A program made the translations under genes and the position numbers. DNA of 49,353 nt from Opitutales bacterium (GTDB taxonomy: Bacteria; Verrucomicrobiota; Verrucomicrobiia; Opitutales; Coraliomargaritaceae), in the NCBI GenBank assembly GCA_049598495.1, contig JBMYNR010000008.1:1-49353 (forward strand), written 5' to 3'. A model generated the notes under the pieces. It was not told the DNA's origin, ran no database searches, and saw nothing but the letters and a program-made list of their open reading frames with translations. Positions 38,752-49,305 of the stretch are shown here, one piece after another (position 1 is the first letter of the stretch; each line of letters starts with the position of its first letter).

Positions 38752-39903
38752 ATGAGTACAAAGGTTTACACGGATATCTCGGAATTGTCTGATCAGGTGG
38801 TGGCCTTTCAGTCGGCGGTCTCGGCCGGAGGCTTGGGTCGTCACGTTGGTATCTGCGGCTTTGATGGTTTTATAGATACTTTTATCCGAATGGTGGAGCC
38901 GTCCACTATGGCGGACTGGGGGCCCAGGGTGAGTGCGGCGGCCGGCATTGCGGCTTCCTATGTTTCGGAGCATCAGGGTGACAAGTTCGGGGGAAATGGT
39001 CCGCTGCTATCAGCCGCTCTGAGTGATATCTTCTCCAATCAAATCGACCTCAGCTACATCGGAGCGATGGGCGAGGGCGGAATTCTACCCATATTTCAAG
39101 AGGCCCTCGGTGAAAAAGTGAGCCAGTTGTATACCTTGGCCGAGCCGGCGCATAGTGACTGCCTGGAGTTCGATGATGGTAAGCTGATGCTCTGTGATAT
39201 GCGCAGCTGCGCTGAAATCACTTGGGAGCGCTTGATTGAGCGAGTGGGCGCTGATACGCTCGACGCCCATTTGAAGGCGAGCGGCTTCATCGCAGCAGTT
39301 AATTGGGGTAAGCTCCCAAATGTTGGCGTGATCTGGCAGAACCTGGCCCAGCGCTTGGGTGAGTTGGGCCGACCGGCCAAAGAGGTGATCTTTTTCATGG
39401 ATCTTGCGGAGTTCGAGCAGCGCCCGATGGCTGACCGCGAATCACTGATTCCCTTGATTTCCGGTATCACGCGGCCGTGCCACACGATTCTGAGCTTCAA
39501 CCTAAAGGAGGCTTGGCAGATGGCGGACACACTGGGTGGTGCCTTCGCGGGACGAAAGGATCCTGATTCGGTTGCCGAGTGCACAGCGTATTTGAAAAGT
39601 CGGATTGAGGTGGACCGCGTCATCGTGCACCCGAATGACGGTGCGGCCTGCGCCTCAGCAGATGGCTGTGTCTACATTCCTGGTCCCTACTGCCGTAAGC
39701 CGCTCATTTCGACAGGCGCAGGCGACAATTTCGGTGCCGGTTGTCTCGCCGCCAGCCTCGAGGGATGGGACGATCTGGGACTGCTTCTAGCTGGCAACTG
39801 CGCCAGTGGTTATTTTGTCCGGTCGGGGCGCTCGGCTTCCTTTGCGGATATGTGCCGGATGCTCGATGCGTGGTTGGATGGCAATCTGGGCGAGCGTTTG
39901 TAG
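38752..39903 (+). CDS. PfkB/ribokinase-family carbohydrate kinase
   Basis: GGNG substrate motif and C-terminal STGAGDNFGAG; substrate unknown. Confidence 0.88.
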   Translation: MSTKVYTDISELSDQVVAFQSAVSAGGLGRHVGICGFDGFIDTFIRMVEPSTMADWGPRVSAAAGIAASYVSEHQGDKFGGNGPLLSAALSDIFSNQIDLSYIGAMGEGGILPIFQEALGEKVSQLYTLAEPAHSDCLEFDDGKLMLCDMRSCAEITWERLIERVGADTLDAHLKASGFIAAVNWGKLPNVGVIWQNLAQRLGELGRPAKEVIFFMDLAEFEQRPMADRESLIPLISGITRPCHTILSFNLKEAWQMADTLGGAFAGRKDPDSVAECTAYLKSRIEVDRVIVHPNDGAACASADGCVYIPGPYCRKPLISTGAGDNFGAGCLAASLEGWDDLGLLLAGNCASGYFVRSGRSASFADMCRMLDAWLDGNLGERL

Positions 39904-40004
39904 CGCCCTGAATTTCTAAAACTTCGGCTTTTCATAAGGCGTGGATTCATGTCATAAGTATGGTTTCGTATTTCGACTTCGCATCTAACTCACTACCTCT
40001 TACC

Positions 40005-40781
40005 ATGATACGCTCGCTAGGACGCTCGACCCTCGGTGTGGTTTTTGAGCTCGGGGAAATCTCCCTATTTGGTTGCGGGGCGATTCGTGGTTTTTTTCTC
40101 CAGAGAGGTCGCTTTGCCAAGCTTCGTTTGGCGATCCACGAGATCGGTGTTCGCTGTTTGCCGATCGTTCTGACCGTGGGCTTGTTTACCGGTTTGGTCA
40201 TGGGTCTGCAGCTTTACTACACAATGGTTCGATTTGGAGCTGAGTCGGCACTAGGCACTGCGGTTGCGCTCTCCATTATTCGTGAGCTCGGGCCCGTTTT
40301 GACGGCCCTCATGGTGGTCGGGCAGACCGGTTCTGCGATGGCCTCTGAGCTTGGCATTCAGCGAAACGACGAGCAAATCGATGCGCTTAAAACGATGGGT
40401 GTCGATCCACTTGGTTATTTGGTCGGGCCGCGTCTCGTTGCTGCCCTCGTTTGCTTTCCGATGCTAACCTCAATTTTCGACCTAATCGGAATTTTCGGCG
40501 GCTACCTAACCGGATCTGCCCTGCTTAATGTGGACGCGGGCGTGTATTGGAACCGCGTCTACGAAAGCGTGACTTGGGCGGACGTAGAGGGCGGCTTTAT
40601 TAAATCTCTGATCTTCGGGCTGCTTACGATTTCGATCTGCGCTTATCGCGGTTACAATACTCACCGCAAGGCATCGCATCCGGGTGTCCGGGGCGTCAGC
40701 GAGTCGGCGACACGCGCCGTTGTCTGGTCAAGTGTTACCATACTCGCGGCGGATTATCTTATCACTTCTTTTTTACTCTAG
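40005..40781 (+). CDS. mlaE: MlaE lipid-asymmetry ABC permease
   Basis: IRELGPVLTAL, ASELG...EQIDAL, GVSESATRAVV; likely start ATG 40005. Confidence 0.95.
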   Translation: MIRSLGRSTLGVVFELGEISLFGCGAIRGFFLQRGRFAKLRLAIHEIGVRCLPIVLTVGLFTGLVMGLQLYYTMVRFGAESALGTAVALSIIRELGPVLTALMVVGQTGSAMASELGIQRNDEQIDALKTMGVDPLGYLVGPRLVAALVCFPMLTSIFDLIGIFGGYLTGSALLNVDAGVYWNRVYESVTWADVEGGFIKSLIFGLLTISICAYRGYNTHRKASHPGVRGVSESATRAVVWSSVTILAADYLITSFLL

Positions 40782-40782
40782 C

Positions 40783-41568
40783 ATGGATGCCTTTCTCAAG
40801 ATACGTGGATTGAAAAAGCACTTCGGGGAGAACCGGGTGTTGGACGGCATTGATCTGGATATCGCGGCTGCCTCGGTCACCACGATCATTGGGAAAAGTG
40901 GTATCGGGAAGTCCGTCTTGCTAAAATGTATTGCAAATTTGCTCGAGCCCGATGCGGGGATGATCGAGCTGGATGGTCATGCGATTTCGCAAAGCCGCCG
41001 TGGGGTGAACGGTAATGACGGGGTCACCTTCAGTTACATGTTTCAAAACAATGCGCTATTCGATTCGCTTTCTGCATTCGAGAATATTGCTCTGCCACTG
41101 CGTGAGGCGACCAAGCTGAGCAAGTCCGAGATCAAGGAGCGCGTGGCCGATATGCTGGAGCAATTGGAGCTCGTGGATTCAGCCGGGCGCTTCCCGGGAG
41201 AGCTTTCCGGTGGCATGAAGAAACGAGTCGCACTGGGGCGTGCCTTGATTACCAATCCGCAGGTTGTGCTCTTTGACGAGCCAACAACGGGCCTCGATCC
41301 CGAACGGAAATTTACAGTTTTTGAAATGATTGCCGAATATCGGGAACGTTTCGGATTTACGGCGCTACTTGTGAGCCACGATATACCCGAGGTTTTTGAG
41401 ATTAGCGATCGTGTGGCCTGGCTCGATGAGGGGCGTATTAAGTTCTTCGGTGGACCTGATGATCTTGATCAGGACGCCCAGATTGCGCTTTCCGGATTTT
41501 TAAGTAAGGCAAATTATGGCCGAAAGGCACCACCGCCAGAAGGAGCGGATTCTAAGATTTATGAATAA
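40783..41568 (+). CDS. mlaF: MlaF ABC ATPase
   Basis: GKSGIGKS, FQNNALFDS, LSGGMKKRV, DEPTTGLDP. Confidence 0.93.
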   Translation: MDAFLKIRGLKKHFGENRVLDGIDLDIAAASVTTIIGKSGIGKSVLLKCIANLLEPDAGMIELDGHAISQSRRGVNGNDGVTFSYMFQNNALFDSLSAFENIALPLREATKLSKSEIKERVADMLEQLELVDSAGRFPGELSGGMKKRVALGRALITNPQVVLFDEPTTGLDPERKFTVFEMIAEYRERFGFTALLVSHDIPEVFEISDRVAWLDEGRIKFFGGPDDLDQDAQIALSGFLSKANYGRKAPPPEGADSKIYE

Positions 41569-42019
41569 TCGAACAATTGAATTTCTTGTCGGCGGCTTCG
41601 TTCTCGTCGGATTGGCAGCCGTGCTCTATCTAGCGATTCAAGTCGGGAGTGCCCGCTATTTCGGAGGTGATAGTTATATCCTGGAGGCGCGGTTCACGAG
41701 TGCAAGCGGAGTGAATCCAGGTAGTCGGGTCGAGATCGCGGGTGTCCGTGTTGGCACTGTTAGGGATGTTGTGCTCGATGAGAACTTCGCTGCTATCGTA
41801 ACATTGGAGCTGCCGAAGACGCTGGAGCTGGACGAAGAGACGATTGCTTCCGTGAAGACGGCGGGCCTAATTGGCGACCGCTTCATTGAGCTCTCGCCCG
41901 GTGGCTTTGGTGAGGTGCTACAGGATGGTGATTTGATTGTGGATACAGAATCGGCCATGGATATCGAAAGTTTGATTAGCCGCTTCGCCCTAGGAGGTAT
42001 TGACGATAGGGAAGAATAA
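41561..42019 (+). CDS. mlaD: MlaD MCE-domain protein
   Basis: N-terminal TM, AGVRVGTV, TAGLIGDRFIELSPG. Confidence 0.95.
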   Translation: MNNRTIEFLVGGFVLVGLAAVLYLAIQVGSARYFGGDSYILEARFTSASGVNPGSRVEIAGVRVGTVRDVVLDENFAAIVTLELPKTLELDEETIASVKTAGLIGDRFIELSPGGFGEVLQDGDLIVDTESAMDIESLISRFALGGIDDREE

Positions 42020-42038
42020 GCTACTAAGTCTCATATTT

Positions 42039-42656
42039 ATGCATCGCCTCGTCCACATCACCGCTTGCCTTGCGTGCCTGTTTGCCGGAGCAATCCTGTC
42101 GGCTCAGGAGGCGGAGCGCGCCAAGTTGCAGGCGACCATCGACGGTGCCCTCGATGCGCTCTATGCGGATAGCTGCGATCATCTGAGTAACGAACAAAAG
42201 CAGGCTAAGGTGCGCGAGACTATCGAGGCGAGTTACGACCTCAATGTCATTATCCGCCGAGCCATCGGCCGCAACTGGCGCCTTATGGACGAGTCGGAAC
42301 AGACGCAGGTCCTTGAGTTGGTTAAGCAACTCGTGGTCAAAGCCTATGTAAAAGGTATGCATGGTGAGCGCCGACCGCAGGTTGAACTGGGTTCCATTGT
42401 CAAGGTCACGGAAAAACGGATCGAGATCGAATCAAGGGTATTGCTCAATGATAAGACCTACTACGTGGTTTACCGCCTCGCGCGTCTCTCAACAGGTTGG
42501 GAAATTTATGATATCGTGGCCGAGAACATCAGTGTGGTTTCGAATTACCGGCAGCAAATCGATGATCATTTTCGCAAGGGAACCGGTGCCGAACTGATCA
42601 TTCGCTTGGAAGAACTTTTGGAAAGTGAGGACATCAATGAAAACACAAAGATTTAG
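42039..42656 (+). CDS. mlaC: MlaC/Ttg2D periplasmic phospholipid carrier
   Basis: Signal peptide; AIGRNW, WEIYDIVAENISVVSNYRQQ. Confidence 0.9.
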   Translation: MHRLVHITACLACLFAGAILSAQEAERAKLQATIDGALDALYADSCDHLSNEQKQAKVRETIEASYDLNVIIRRAIGRNWRLMDESEQTQVLELVKQLVVKAYVKGMHGERRPQVELGSIVKVTEKRIEIESRVLLNDKTYYVVYRLARLSTGWEIYDIVAENISVVSNYRQQIDDHFRKGTGAELIIRLEELLESEDINENTKI

Positions 42657-43398
42657 CTTCTGGCTGGCACTGCTGGCCCTCATCGGTTTCGTGAGTAACG
42701 CAGCGCTTTCCGCTCAGACAGGGGATGTGGCCGGCGACGAGGCGATCTACTACGAGGCGATCGACGAAGGTATTGAGGTATACGACCCGCTCGAGTCCTT
42801 TAACCGAGCCACGTTCGCGTTCAATGATTTCGTGTATATGAACCTACTCGATCCCTTCGTGGATCTCTACACCGCCGTCACTCCGGATCCGATCGAGGAG
42901 GGGGCAGAAAACTTTTTCGACAACCTGCGTTACCCGGTGCGTCTCGCAGGGAATCTGCTTCAGGGTAAGTTTCAAGGTGCATGGGTCGAGACGGGCCGAT
43001 TTGCGATCAACTCCACGCTCGGCATTGTCGGTGTGATGACCCCCGCGGATAACTTCGAGAGCTTTCAGCCGGTCTCATCAGAGGATGTCGGTCAGGCCCT
43101 GGGCATCTGGGGCTTTGACGAGGGAGCCTTTATTGTGCTCCCTTTCTTAGGCCCTTCGAACGTCCGTGATCTATGCGGGCTGATAGGCGACCGTGCCGCG
43201 AACCCTCTCAAGGAACCATTCAGTCTGATCGACGACTGGGACTGGGAATGGCAGCTCTCGCTGAGCGGCGGCGATTTTATCTCAAAAAGCCCGACGCTTA
43301 TGAGGCAATACAAGAGCTTTAATGGGGGCGCGATCGACCCGTATAGTTCGATGAAGAATGGTTATACGCAATTCCGGCGCGCGGCAATTGCTGACTAG
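42637..43398 (+). CDS. mlaA: MlaA/VacJ protein
   Basis: DPLESFNR, NFFDNL, RFAINSTLG, EDVGQALG, LPFLGPSNVRD; no lipobox Cys. Confidence 0.92.
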   Translation: MKTQRFSFWLALLALIGFVSNAALSAQTGDVAGDEAIYYEAIDEGIEVYDPLESFNRATFAFNDFVYMNLLDPFVDLYTAVTPDPIEEGAENFFDNLRYPVRLAGNLLQGKFQGAWVETGRFAINSTLGIVGVMTPADNFESFQPVSSEDVGQALGIWGFDEGAFIVLPFLGPSNVRDLCGLIGDRAANPLKEPFSLIDDWDWEWQLSLSGGDFISKSPTLMRQYKSFNGGAIDPYSSMKNGYTQFRRAAIAD

Positions 43399-43410
43399 GA
43401 ACGCTGCAAC

Positions 43411-43455
43411 TTTGAAAAAAAAGGGCGGTCATTGTGACCGCCCTTTTTTTTCAAA
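43411..43455. terminator. Bidirectional rho-independent terminator
   Basis: TTTGAAAAAAAAGGGCGGTCA-TTG-TGACCGCCCTTTTTTTTCAAA between convergent mlaA and LysR. Confidence 0.93.
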
Positions 43456-44367
43456 TTAGTCTTCCTCGCTCTGTTCCAGAGTGTTCAGATTTTTGGACGT
43501 GAGCAGGTCAATCAGCTTTTTCATGGCTGGTGTGAGCACACGGCCCTTGCGGTGGATCAGTGCAAGCGGACGTTTGTAGGTCTTATTCTTGAACTTCAGC
43601 ACCTTGAGCAGACCCTGCGCTTCTTCTCGGGTAACCGTGGTTTGTGGAAGGATGGCAATACCGGCGTTGATTTCGACGGCACGTTTCACGGTTTCTACGT
43701 TGTCAAATTCCATGACGGGCTCGACTTCGAGGTTGGCCTCGCGGAAGAGTGCATCGGTAGCCTTACGTGTTGGGATGTCCGGTTCGAAGCCGATAAATTT
43801 CTGGCTGGCGATCTCTTCCAGATCGACGCTCTTCTTTTTGGCGAGCGGGTGATCCGGGCTTACGACGAGGATGAGGATATCGTCGTGAAAGGGGAGGACC
43901 TCCAGTTGCTTGTGTTTCTGCGGGTAGGCGACGAGTCCGAGATCGATCGAATTGGTCAGGATATCCTCGTAAACATTATTAGCACGACGGTATTCGACAC
44001 GGATATTGACCTCGGGAAATTTGCTGAGAAAAGCCTTCACATATGGCGGCAGCTCGTGGAGACCGATACTATATACGGTGGAGATGTGGATGGTGCCGCT
44101 GATGACCTTCTTCATCTCCTGTAGCTCGCTGTTGAGCTTGTCGTAGAGATAGAGGATTTCCTTCGCGGACTCGTAGAGTTTTTGACCCTCGCGCGTGAGT
44201 CGAAATTGCTTTTGGCTACGGTCTACGATCAGAATGTTGAAGTGCTTCTCCATGGCGCGCAGCTGCTGACTCACTGCAGATTGGGTAATTCCATTGAGTT
44301 TTGCCGCCCGCGAGAAGCTCTCACTTTCGACCAAATCGGAGAATATTTTGAAATTTTCTACGTGCAT
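43456..44367 (-). CDS. LysR-family transcriptional regulator
   Basis: SFSRAAKLNGITQSAVSQQLRAME HTH, LTREG, substrate-binding domain; start ATG 44367. Confidence 0.95.
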   Translation of the reverse strand: MHVENFKIFSDLVESESFSRAAKLNGITQSAVSQQLRAMEKHFNILIVDRSQKQFRLTREGQKLYESAKEILYLYDKLNSELQEMKKVISGTIHISTVYSIGLHELPPYVKAFLSKFPEVNIRVEYRRANNVYEDILTNSIDLGLVAYPQKHKQLEVLPFHDDILILVVSPDHPLAKKKSVDLEEIASQKFIGFEPDIPTRKATDALFREANLEVEPVMEFDNVETVKRAVEINAGIAILPQTTVTREEAQGLLKVLKFKNKTYKRPLALIHRKGRVLTPAMKKLIDLLTSKNLNTLEQSEED

Positions 44368-44377
44368 GATAGGTTTG

Positions 44378-44394
44378 TATAAATTAAGCTTATA
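44378..44394. promoter_or_regulatory. Candidate LysR binding site
   Basis: TATAA-ATTAAGC-TTATA dyad containing T-N11-A, 10 bp upstream of the LysR start. Confidence 0.5.
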
Positions 44395-44461
44395 AAAACA
44401 AAATATTAAATAAAGCAACCCTAATGAGCGTCTCTATGGTATCAGATCTTTTAATTTTCTA

Positions 44462-45157
44462 ATGATTGAATTCACTAATTTTGAAGAAAACCTATCCGCT
44501 GTGACCACTCGGATGGCTAAGGCATGCAAGCTTGCCGGGCGCCCGATCGAGTCGGTTTCCCTTCTACCGGTGACGAAGAACCACCCGGTGGACGCGGTCG
44601 AATACGCTGGGCGCTGCGGTCTCCCGGCGGTAGGTGAGAATCGGGTGCAGGAGGCCGCCGATAAGCGCGGCTCCTATGCGGGCGAGCTTCGATGGGAGCT
44701 GATCGGGCATTTGCAATCGAATAAGGCGCAGCTGGCCGTGACGGTTTTCGACCGTATTCAATCAGTCGATTCTCTTAAGCTCCTGCGCAGGCTGGATCGC
44801 TTTGCAGGGGATTCGGGCAAACGGCTCCCAATACTGCTGCAGTGCAATACAGGATTGGACCCCAATAAGCATGGCTTCCGCATGGAGGAGGCCGATTCAG
44901 TCCTCGAGGCGGCGCTGTCCGCTAAGCACTTGCAGGTCGACGGTATGATGACAATTGCGCCACTCGATGAGAATCCCGATGTGGCTCAGGCATCGTTTGA
45001 GGGTCTCAGGGTTCTTCGTGATCGGCTGGTCGAACGCTTTGGGGTGCCCTTAACCGAGCTTTCGATGGGGATGACGGGCGATCTAGAGGCCGCGATTGCG
45101 GCGGGCTCCACCCAAATTCGAGTCGGCACGGCGCTCTACGGGACACGTCAATATTAG
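44462..45157 (+). CDS. yggS: PLP homeostasis protein YggS/PLPBP
   Basis: PVTK, GENRVQE, IGHLQSNK, LSMGMTGD, RVGTALYG. Confidence 0.96.
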   Translation: MIEFTNFEENLSAVTTRMAKACKLAGRPIESVSLLPVTKNHPVDAVEYAGRCGLPAVGENRVQEAADKRGSYAGELRWELIGHLQSNKAQLAVTVFDRIQSVDSLKLLRRLDRFAGDSGKRLPILLQCNTGLDPNKHGFRMEEADSVLEAALSAKHLQVDGMMTIAPLDENPDVAQASFEGLRVLRDRLVERFGVPLTELSMGMTGDLEAAIAAGSTQIRVGTALYGTRQY

Positions 45158-45208
45158 GGTTCCTGATCGATGCAGTTGCAGACAGGGGACAGGGGGTAAC
45201 GTTATTTC

Positions 45209-45231
45209 GTAGCACGATGACAGTCGTTGTG
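45209..45231 (+). repeat. GTAGCACGATGAC REP-like hairpin, third copy
   Basis: GTAG-CACGATGAC-A-GTCGTTGTG; shares TTTCGTAGCACGATGAC with 38560-38576. Confidence 0.7.
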
Positions 45232-45478
45232 GGCGTATGCCAAGCGACGAAGCAGTGACTCTGTTCATTCAGCTGCCCAAGGCGAGCTCGCTTCATTCTC
45301 CCTTTGGTCTTCGCCATCTACGCCCTGCCGTGCTCCGTCGTCAGCGTTCTTCGGAGAGAATTCTCCGCATAGATAATTGCATCCCTTTTCAATGGGGCTG
45401 CTTTTAGAGTTGCGGGTCCTTCGGTGGCCCTTTCTTCTTATCGGCTTTTCTACCCTATACCGCACCGTTTTTGTATCT

Positions 45479-48400
45479 ATGTATCTTAAAGAGATCGTCA
45501 TTAGTGGCTTTAAGAGTTTTGCAGATCGCACTCGTTTGGATTTGCGTCAGGGGGTGACCGCCGTGGTCGGCCCCAATGGATGTGGTAAGAGTAATATTGT
45601 TGATGCGATTCGCTGGGTATTGGGTGAACAGAGTGCCAAGGCACTGCGGGGCGCCTCGATGCAGGATGTCATTTTCGAGGGTACGGATAAGCGTAAACCT
45701 CTGCCGACCTGCGAGGTCGCTCTGACCTTTACGGATTGTGAGGCCGACTTGGGCACTCAGTTCAATGAAGTGGAAATCTCTCGGCGGGTCACACGGGATG
45801 GCGGCAGCGATTATTACATCAATGGTAAGGTCTCGCGGTTGAAGGACATTCAGCGGCTCTTTGCCAATACAGGCGTTGGACGAGTTTCCTACTCCTTCAT
45901 GCTCCAGGGGCAGATCGACCAGATTCTCTCGACGAATCCGGCGGAGCGGCGGACTATTTTTGAAGAGGCTGCGGGTATCACGCTCTACAAGGCACAACGC
46001 AAAGAGGCGCTCAATAAACTGGCACTCGTGGATGCCAATCTTGCCCGTGTCACCGATGTGATTGAAGAAGTCTCGAGGCAGATCGGATCGCTCAAGCGCC
46101 AGGCGAGTAAGGCGCTTCGTTATCAGCTTATCACACACCGTCTCACGCATCTCGATCTCGCATACAGTGCCTACCGCCATGCTGATTTGAGTGAGTCTAT
46201 TGGGCAGGTAGCTGAGCGGGCGTCCGAGCTTCGTAAGAAGTTGGAGATGCACACCGATTCACTTGATAACGACGAGTCGGTTTTGAGTGAGAAAAAGGCG
46301 GAGCGAGCTGGTCTGACCCACAAGATGGAGGAGTTGCAGCAACGGGTTTATAATTTGCGTTCCGAAAAGGAGAATGCGGACAATCAGTCAGAGTTTTCTG
46401 GCATTCGAGCGAAGGATTTGGAGGCTCGAATCGAGGCGTATCAGCAAGAGATCGCCGATCTTGAAAAACAGAAGACGGAACTCGCCGACCGCGCGCAGAG
46501 TGAAACGGAGAACAAACAGATGCAGCTCGGGGTGGTGGACGACTCCGACCGCATCTTCCGGGATCGAAATAACGAGCTCATTGCCACACAAGAGAAGCTG
46601 GGCGAGATGGAGGGCGAGCTACAGAAGCGCCGACAGGATGTTCTTCTTGTTGAGAACCGCATCAATCGTGCCCGTTCACGTTGCACCACACTGGAGGTGG
46701 ACTTGAAAACCTATCAAGTGAAGCACGGTTCCTTATCAGAGACTGTGCTGGCGCTTAAAGAGGAGGTGACTGTTCTCGAGAACGGGCTTGAAGAGATCAA
46801 ACGTCTATTGGAGAAACGGCGGGCCGAGCAGGTGTCGAGCGAGCAGGCGGTGGAGTCCGCCCGCGACCAATCGCGCACGATTCTGTCCCAGTTCCGAAGT
46901 TTGCAGGAGAGGATTCAGGAGCAGGATCGGGGTATCGCGCGAAAGACGGCTCAGTTGAATTTGCTGGAAGGGCTACAGGCCAAATTTGAAGGCTTCGGCG
47001 AGGGCGCAAAAGCAATCCTCGGCGACAAGCTCAGCGAGGTGGTTTCGAAAGACAGCGTCTCTATTATTTCGAAGGAATTAACTGTGGACGCAGCCTACAC
47101 GAAGGCGCTCGAGACCCTACTTGGTTCTGCGGCAGATGCACTCTATGTCGGTGACTCGGGCAAAGCTCTCTCCGTAATCGGTCGGCTCGATGCCGACTTT
47201 CTCGGGCGTGCCTGTCTGCAAATTGACATCACTCCAAATAGTGAAAACTGGCCCAGTGACTTACCCCAAGGACTTGTTTCAGCGCTATCCGTGGTCAGCG
47301 TGCGTCATGACGAGTTGAAGGATCCTGTCGAACGCTTGCTAAGTGGTTGTTTCTTTGCAGACCGCCTCGACCAATTTGTTGAATTCTGGAAGGCTAATCC
47401 CGGATTCCACTTCCTCTTGGTCGCCACGCGCGAGGGCGAAGTTATTGATTGCCGCGGCTTGATTCATGGTGGACGCAGCACAGGTAAGAAGTCGTCTAGT
47501 GTGCTCGAGCGAGAGTCGGAGATCTATCGCCTTCGCAAGGAGATTGAAACCGAGCGGGCTGCTTTGAATGGATTGCGCGAGGAAGCTACAGTCTTGGATG
47601 AGAAACGTAGTGCCGCGGAGAGCACGGTTGAAGAGCAGCGGAAGCGTCAAAGTGAGCTAGCCAGTGAGGTGTCCGGTCTAGTAGCGGAAGAGCGAAATCA
47701 GGCTCAGAAGATCGAACACAACACCCGCTCCCGCAATCAGGCGGAGGAAGAGATTCAGCGTTTGGATGTAAAACATGGTGACCATGTGAAGGACTTGGAG
47801 TCGGCTAAAGAGGAGCTTCAAGCTGCGGAGAAAGCCCTTGAAGAGCAGCGTGATGGCAGTGCCAATCTGGAGGCTGCGATAGAGCGAGCTCGAGAGCAAC
47901 GCGACGAGAAGCGTGAGGCCTTGGCCGATGTGCGGCTTGAGCTTGCAGAAAAGAAGCAACGCCTGGAATCGGCGGATCGCGCTCTCGGAGAGGTTCAGCG
48001 GGAAACGGCCAATCTTCAGCACCGAATCCTGCGTCGTAACCAGGAAATCGATACGACCAATGAGCAGATCGCGCAGCTCAAGCAGAGTGGTGAGCGCGAA
48101 CAAGCTAAAAGTGTGGAACTGGAAAAGACACTTTCAATTGCCACTGAGGAACTGAATAAAGACCGCATCCAATTAAAAAAGCTTGAGGTCGCGATTACTG
48201 AAATTGACGATGGGCTCTCTGGGCGCCGGAACGAAGGTCGCGCCTTCGATCAGGAGTTAACTAAACTTGAGGTGCGTCTTGCGGAGGAGCGCTCGCAGTT
48301 GGGCTTCATTCAGAGCACGGCGAGGGATGACTATCAGGTGGATTTAGCTTCTGTCGACTGGAAGGCCGAGCTGTGGGAAGGCAACATCGAGTTTGAGAAA

Positions 48401-49204
48401 CGCGTGAATCTGGATGATCTCGATGACCCAGACCAGCTGGCGGCCCAACCGAAACACGATCGTCGTGAACCGACAGAGGAAGAGCTGGCAGAAATGGATC
48501 AGACGGACTGGGCGTCAATCGAGTCGGAAGTGGCTGAGCTCAAGGGGCGCATTGCCAACATGGGTCCGGTTAATCTCGATGCGATCAGTGAGTATGCGGA
48601 TCTGAAGGAACGCCACGACTTCCTTAAGAACCAGAGCGAAGACCTATGGAATTCGAAGAATAAACTCGTTCAGACGATCGATGAGATCAACGAAACCTCG
48701 CAGACTCTATTCCGTGATACCTTCGAGCAGGTGCGCAAAAATTTCGCCTTCACTTACGGTAAGATTTCAGGCGGAGGAGAATCCGATCTACAGCTTGTAG
48801 ACTCAGAAGATCCGCTAGAGTCCGGTATCGAAATCATTGCGCGGCCTCCGGGCACCCGACTCAAGAGTGTGACTCTCTTGTCCGGTGGCCAACGGACGAT
48901 GGCTGCGGTGGCACTGCTTTTCGGGATCTATATGGTTAAGCCCAGTCCCTTCTGTGTACTTGATGAAATCGATGCGGCACTCGACGATGCTAATATTGGT
49001 CGTTTCTGTGAGACTTTGCATGGATTTACCGACCGCTCACAATTTCTTATCATCACGCACAATAAGCGAACGATCTCCAATGCGGATACGGTCTTTGGTG
49101 TGACCATGCCTGAGAAGGGTGTCTCCACGCTGCTTTCCATGCGTTTTAATAAGGACGGCACTCGACAAGAGATATCCTCGGCGGAGAACCAAAATCCTTT
49201 CTGA
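45479..49204 (+). CDS. smc: Chromosome segregation protein SMC
   Basis: [16 protein letters not shown], long coiled coils, hinge GX6GX3GG ([13 protein letters not shown]), [14 protein letters not shown]; start ATG 45479. Confidence 0.98.
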   Translation: MYLKEIVISGFKSFADRTRLDLRQGVTAVVGPNGCGKSNIVDAIRWVLGEQSAKALRGASMQDVIFEGTDKRKPLPTCEVALTFTDCEADLGTQFNEVEISRRVTRDGGSDYYINGKVSRLKDIQRLFANTGVGRVSYSFMLQGQIDQILSTNPAERRTIFEEAAGITLYKAQRKEALNKLALVDANLARVTDVIEEVSRQIGSLKRQASKALRYQLITHRLTHLDLAYSAYRHADLSESIGQVAERASELRKKLEMHTDSLDNDESVLSEKKAERAGLTHKMEELQQRVYNLRSEKENADNQSEFSGIRAKDLEARIEAYQQEIADLEKQKTELADRAQSETENKQMQLGVVDDSDRIFRDRNNELIATQEKLGEMEGELQKRRQDVLLVENRINRARSRCTTLEVDLKTYQVKHGSLSETVLALKEEVTVLENGLEEIKRLLEKRRAEQVSSEQAVESARDQSRTILSQFRSLQERIQEQDRGIARKTAQLNLLEGLQAKFEGFGEGAKAILGDKLSEVVSKDSVSIISKELTVDAAYTKALETLLGSAADALYVGDSGKALSVIGRLDADFLGRACLQIDITPNSENWPSDLPQGLVSALSVVSVRHDELKDPVERLLSGCFFADRLDQFVEFWKANPGFHFLLVATREGEVIDCRGLIHGGRSTGKKSSSVLERESEIYRLRKEIETERAALNGLREEATVLDEKRSAAESTVEEQRKRQSELASEVSGLVAEERNQAQKIEHNTRSRNQAEEEIQRLDVKHGDHVKDLESAKEELQAAEKALEEQRDGSANLEAAIERAREQRDEKREALADVRLELAEKKQRLESADRALGEVQRETANLQHRILRRNQEIDTTNEQIAQLKQSGEREQAKSVELEKTLSIATEELNKDRIQLKKLEVAITEIDDGLSGRRNEGRAFDQELTKLEVRLAEERSQLGFIQSTARDDYQVDLASVDWKAELWEGNIEFEKRVNLDDLDDPDQLAAQPKHDRREPTEEELAEMDQTDWASIESEVAELKGRIANMGPVNLDAISEYADLKERHDFLKNQSEDLWNSKNKLVQTIDEINETSQTLFRDTFEQVRKNFAFTYGKISGGGESDLQLVDSEDPLESGIEIIARPPGTRLKSVTLLSGGQRTMAAVALLFGIYMVKPSPFCVLDEIDAALDDANIGRFCETLHGFTDRSQFLIITHNKRTISNADTVFGVTMPEKGVSTLLSMRFNKDGTRQEISSAENQNPF

Positions 49205-49305
49205 TTTTTACCATCGGTTTGGATTGGCTCTGAGTCACCTAGCAGCAAGCGAAGGACCTACAAAATGATTGTTTTTGCAGGGCTCGACCTCTTGGCTTGG
49301 GCTAG

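Noticed and set aside
45455..46252. 265-aa antisense ORF, plus 28281-28940, 10054-10695 and 43552-44124
   Set aside because: Antisense shadows of smc, rnr, the HD protein and LysR
49240..49301. Possible degenerate REP pair (CCTACAAAA...TTTTGCAGG) next to the terminal element B
   Set aside because: Too degenerate to assign to a family from this window alone
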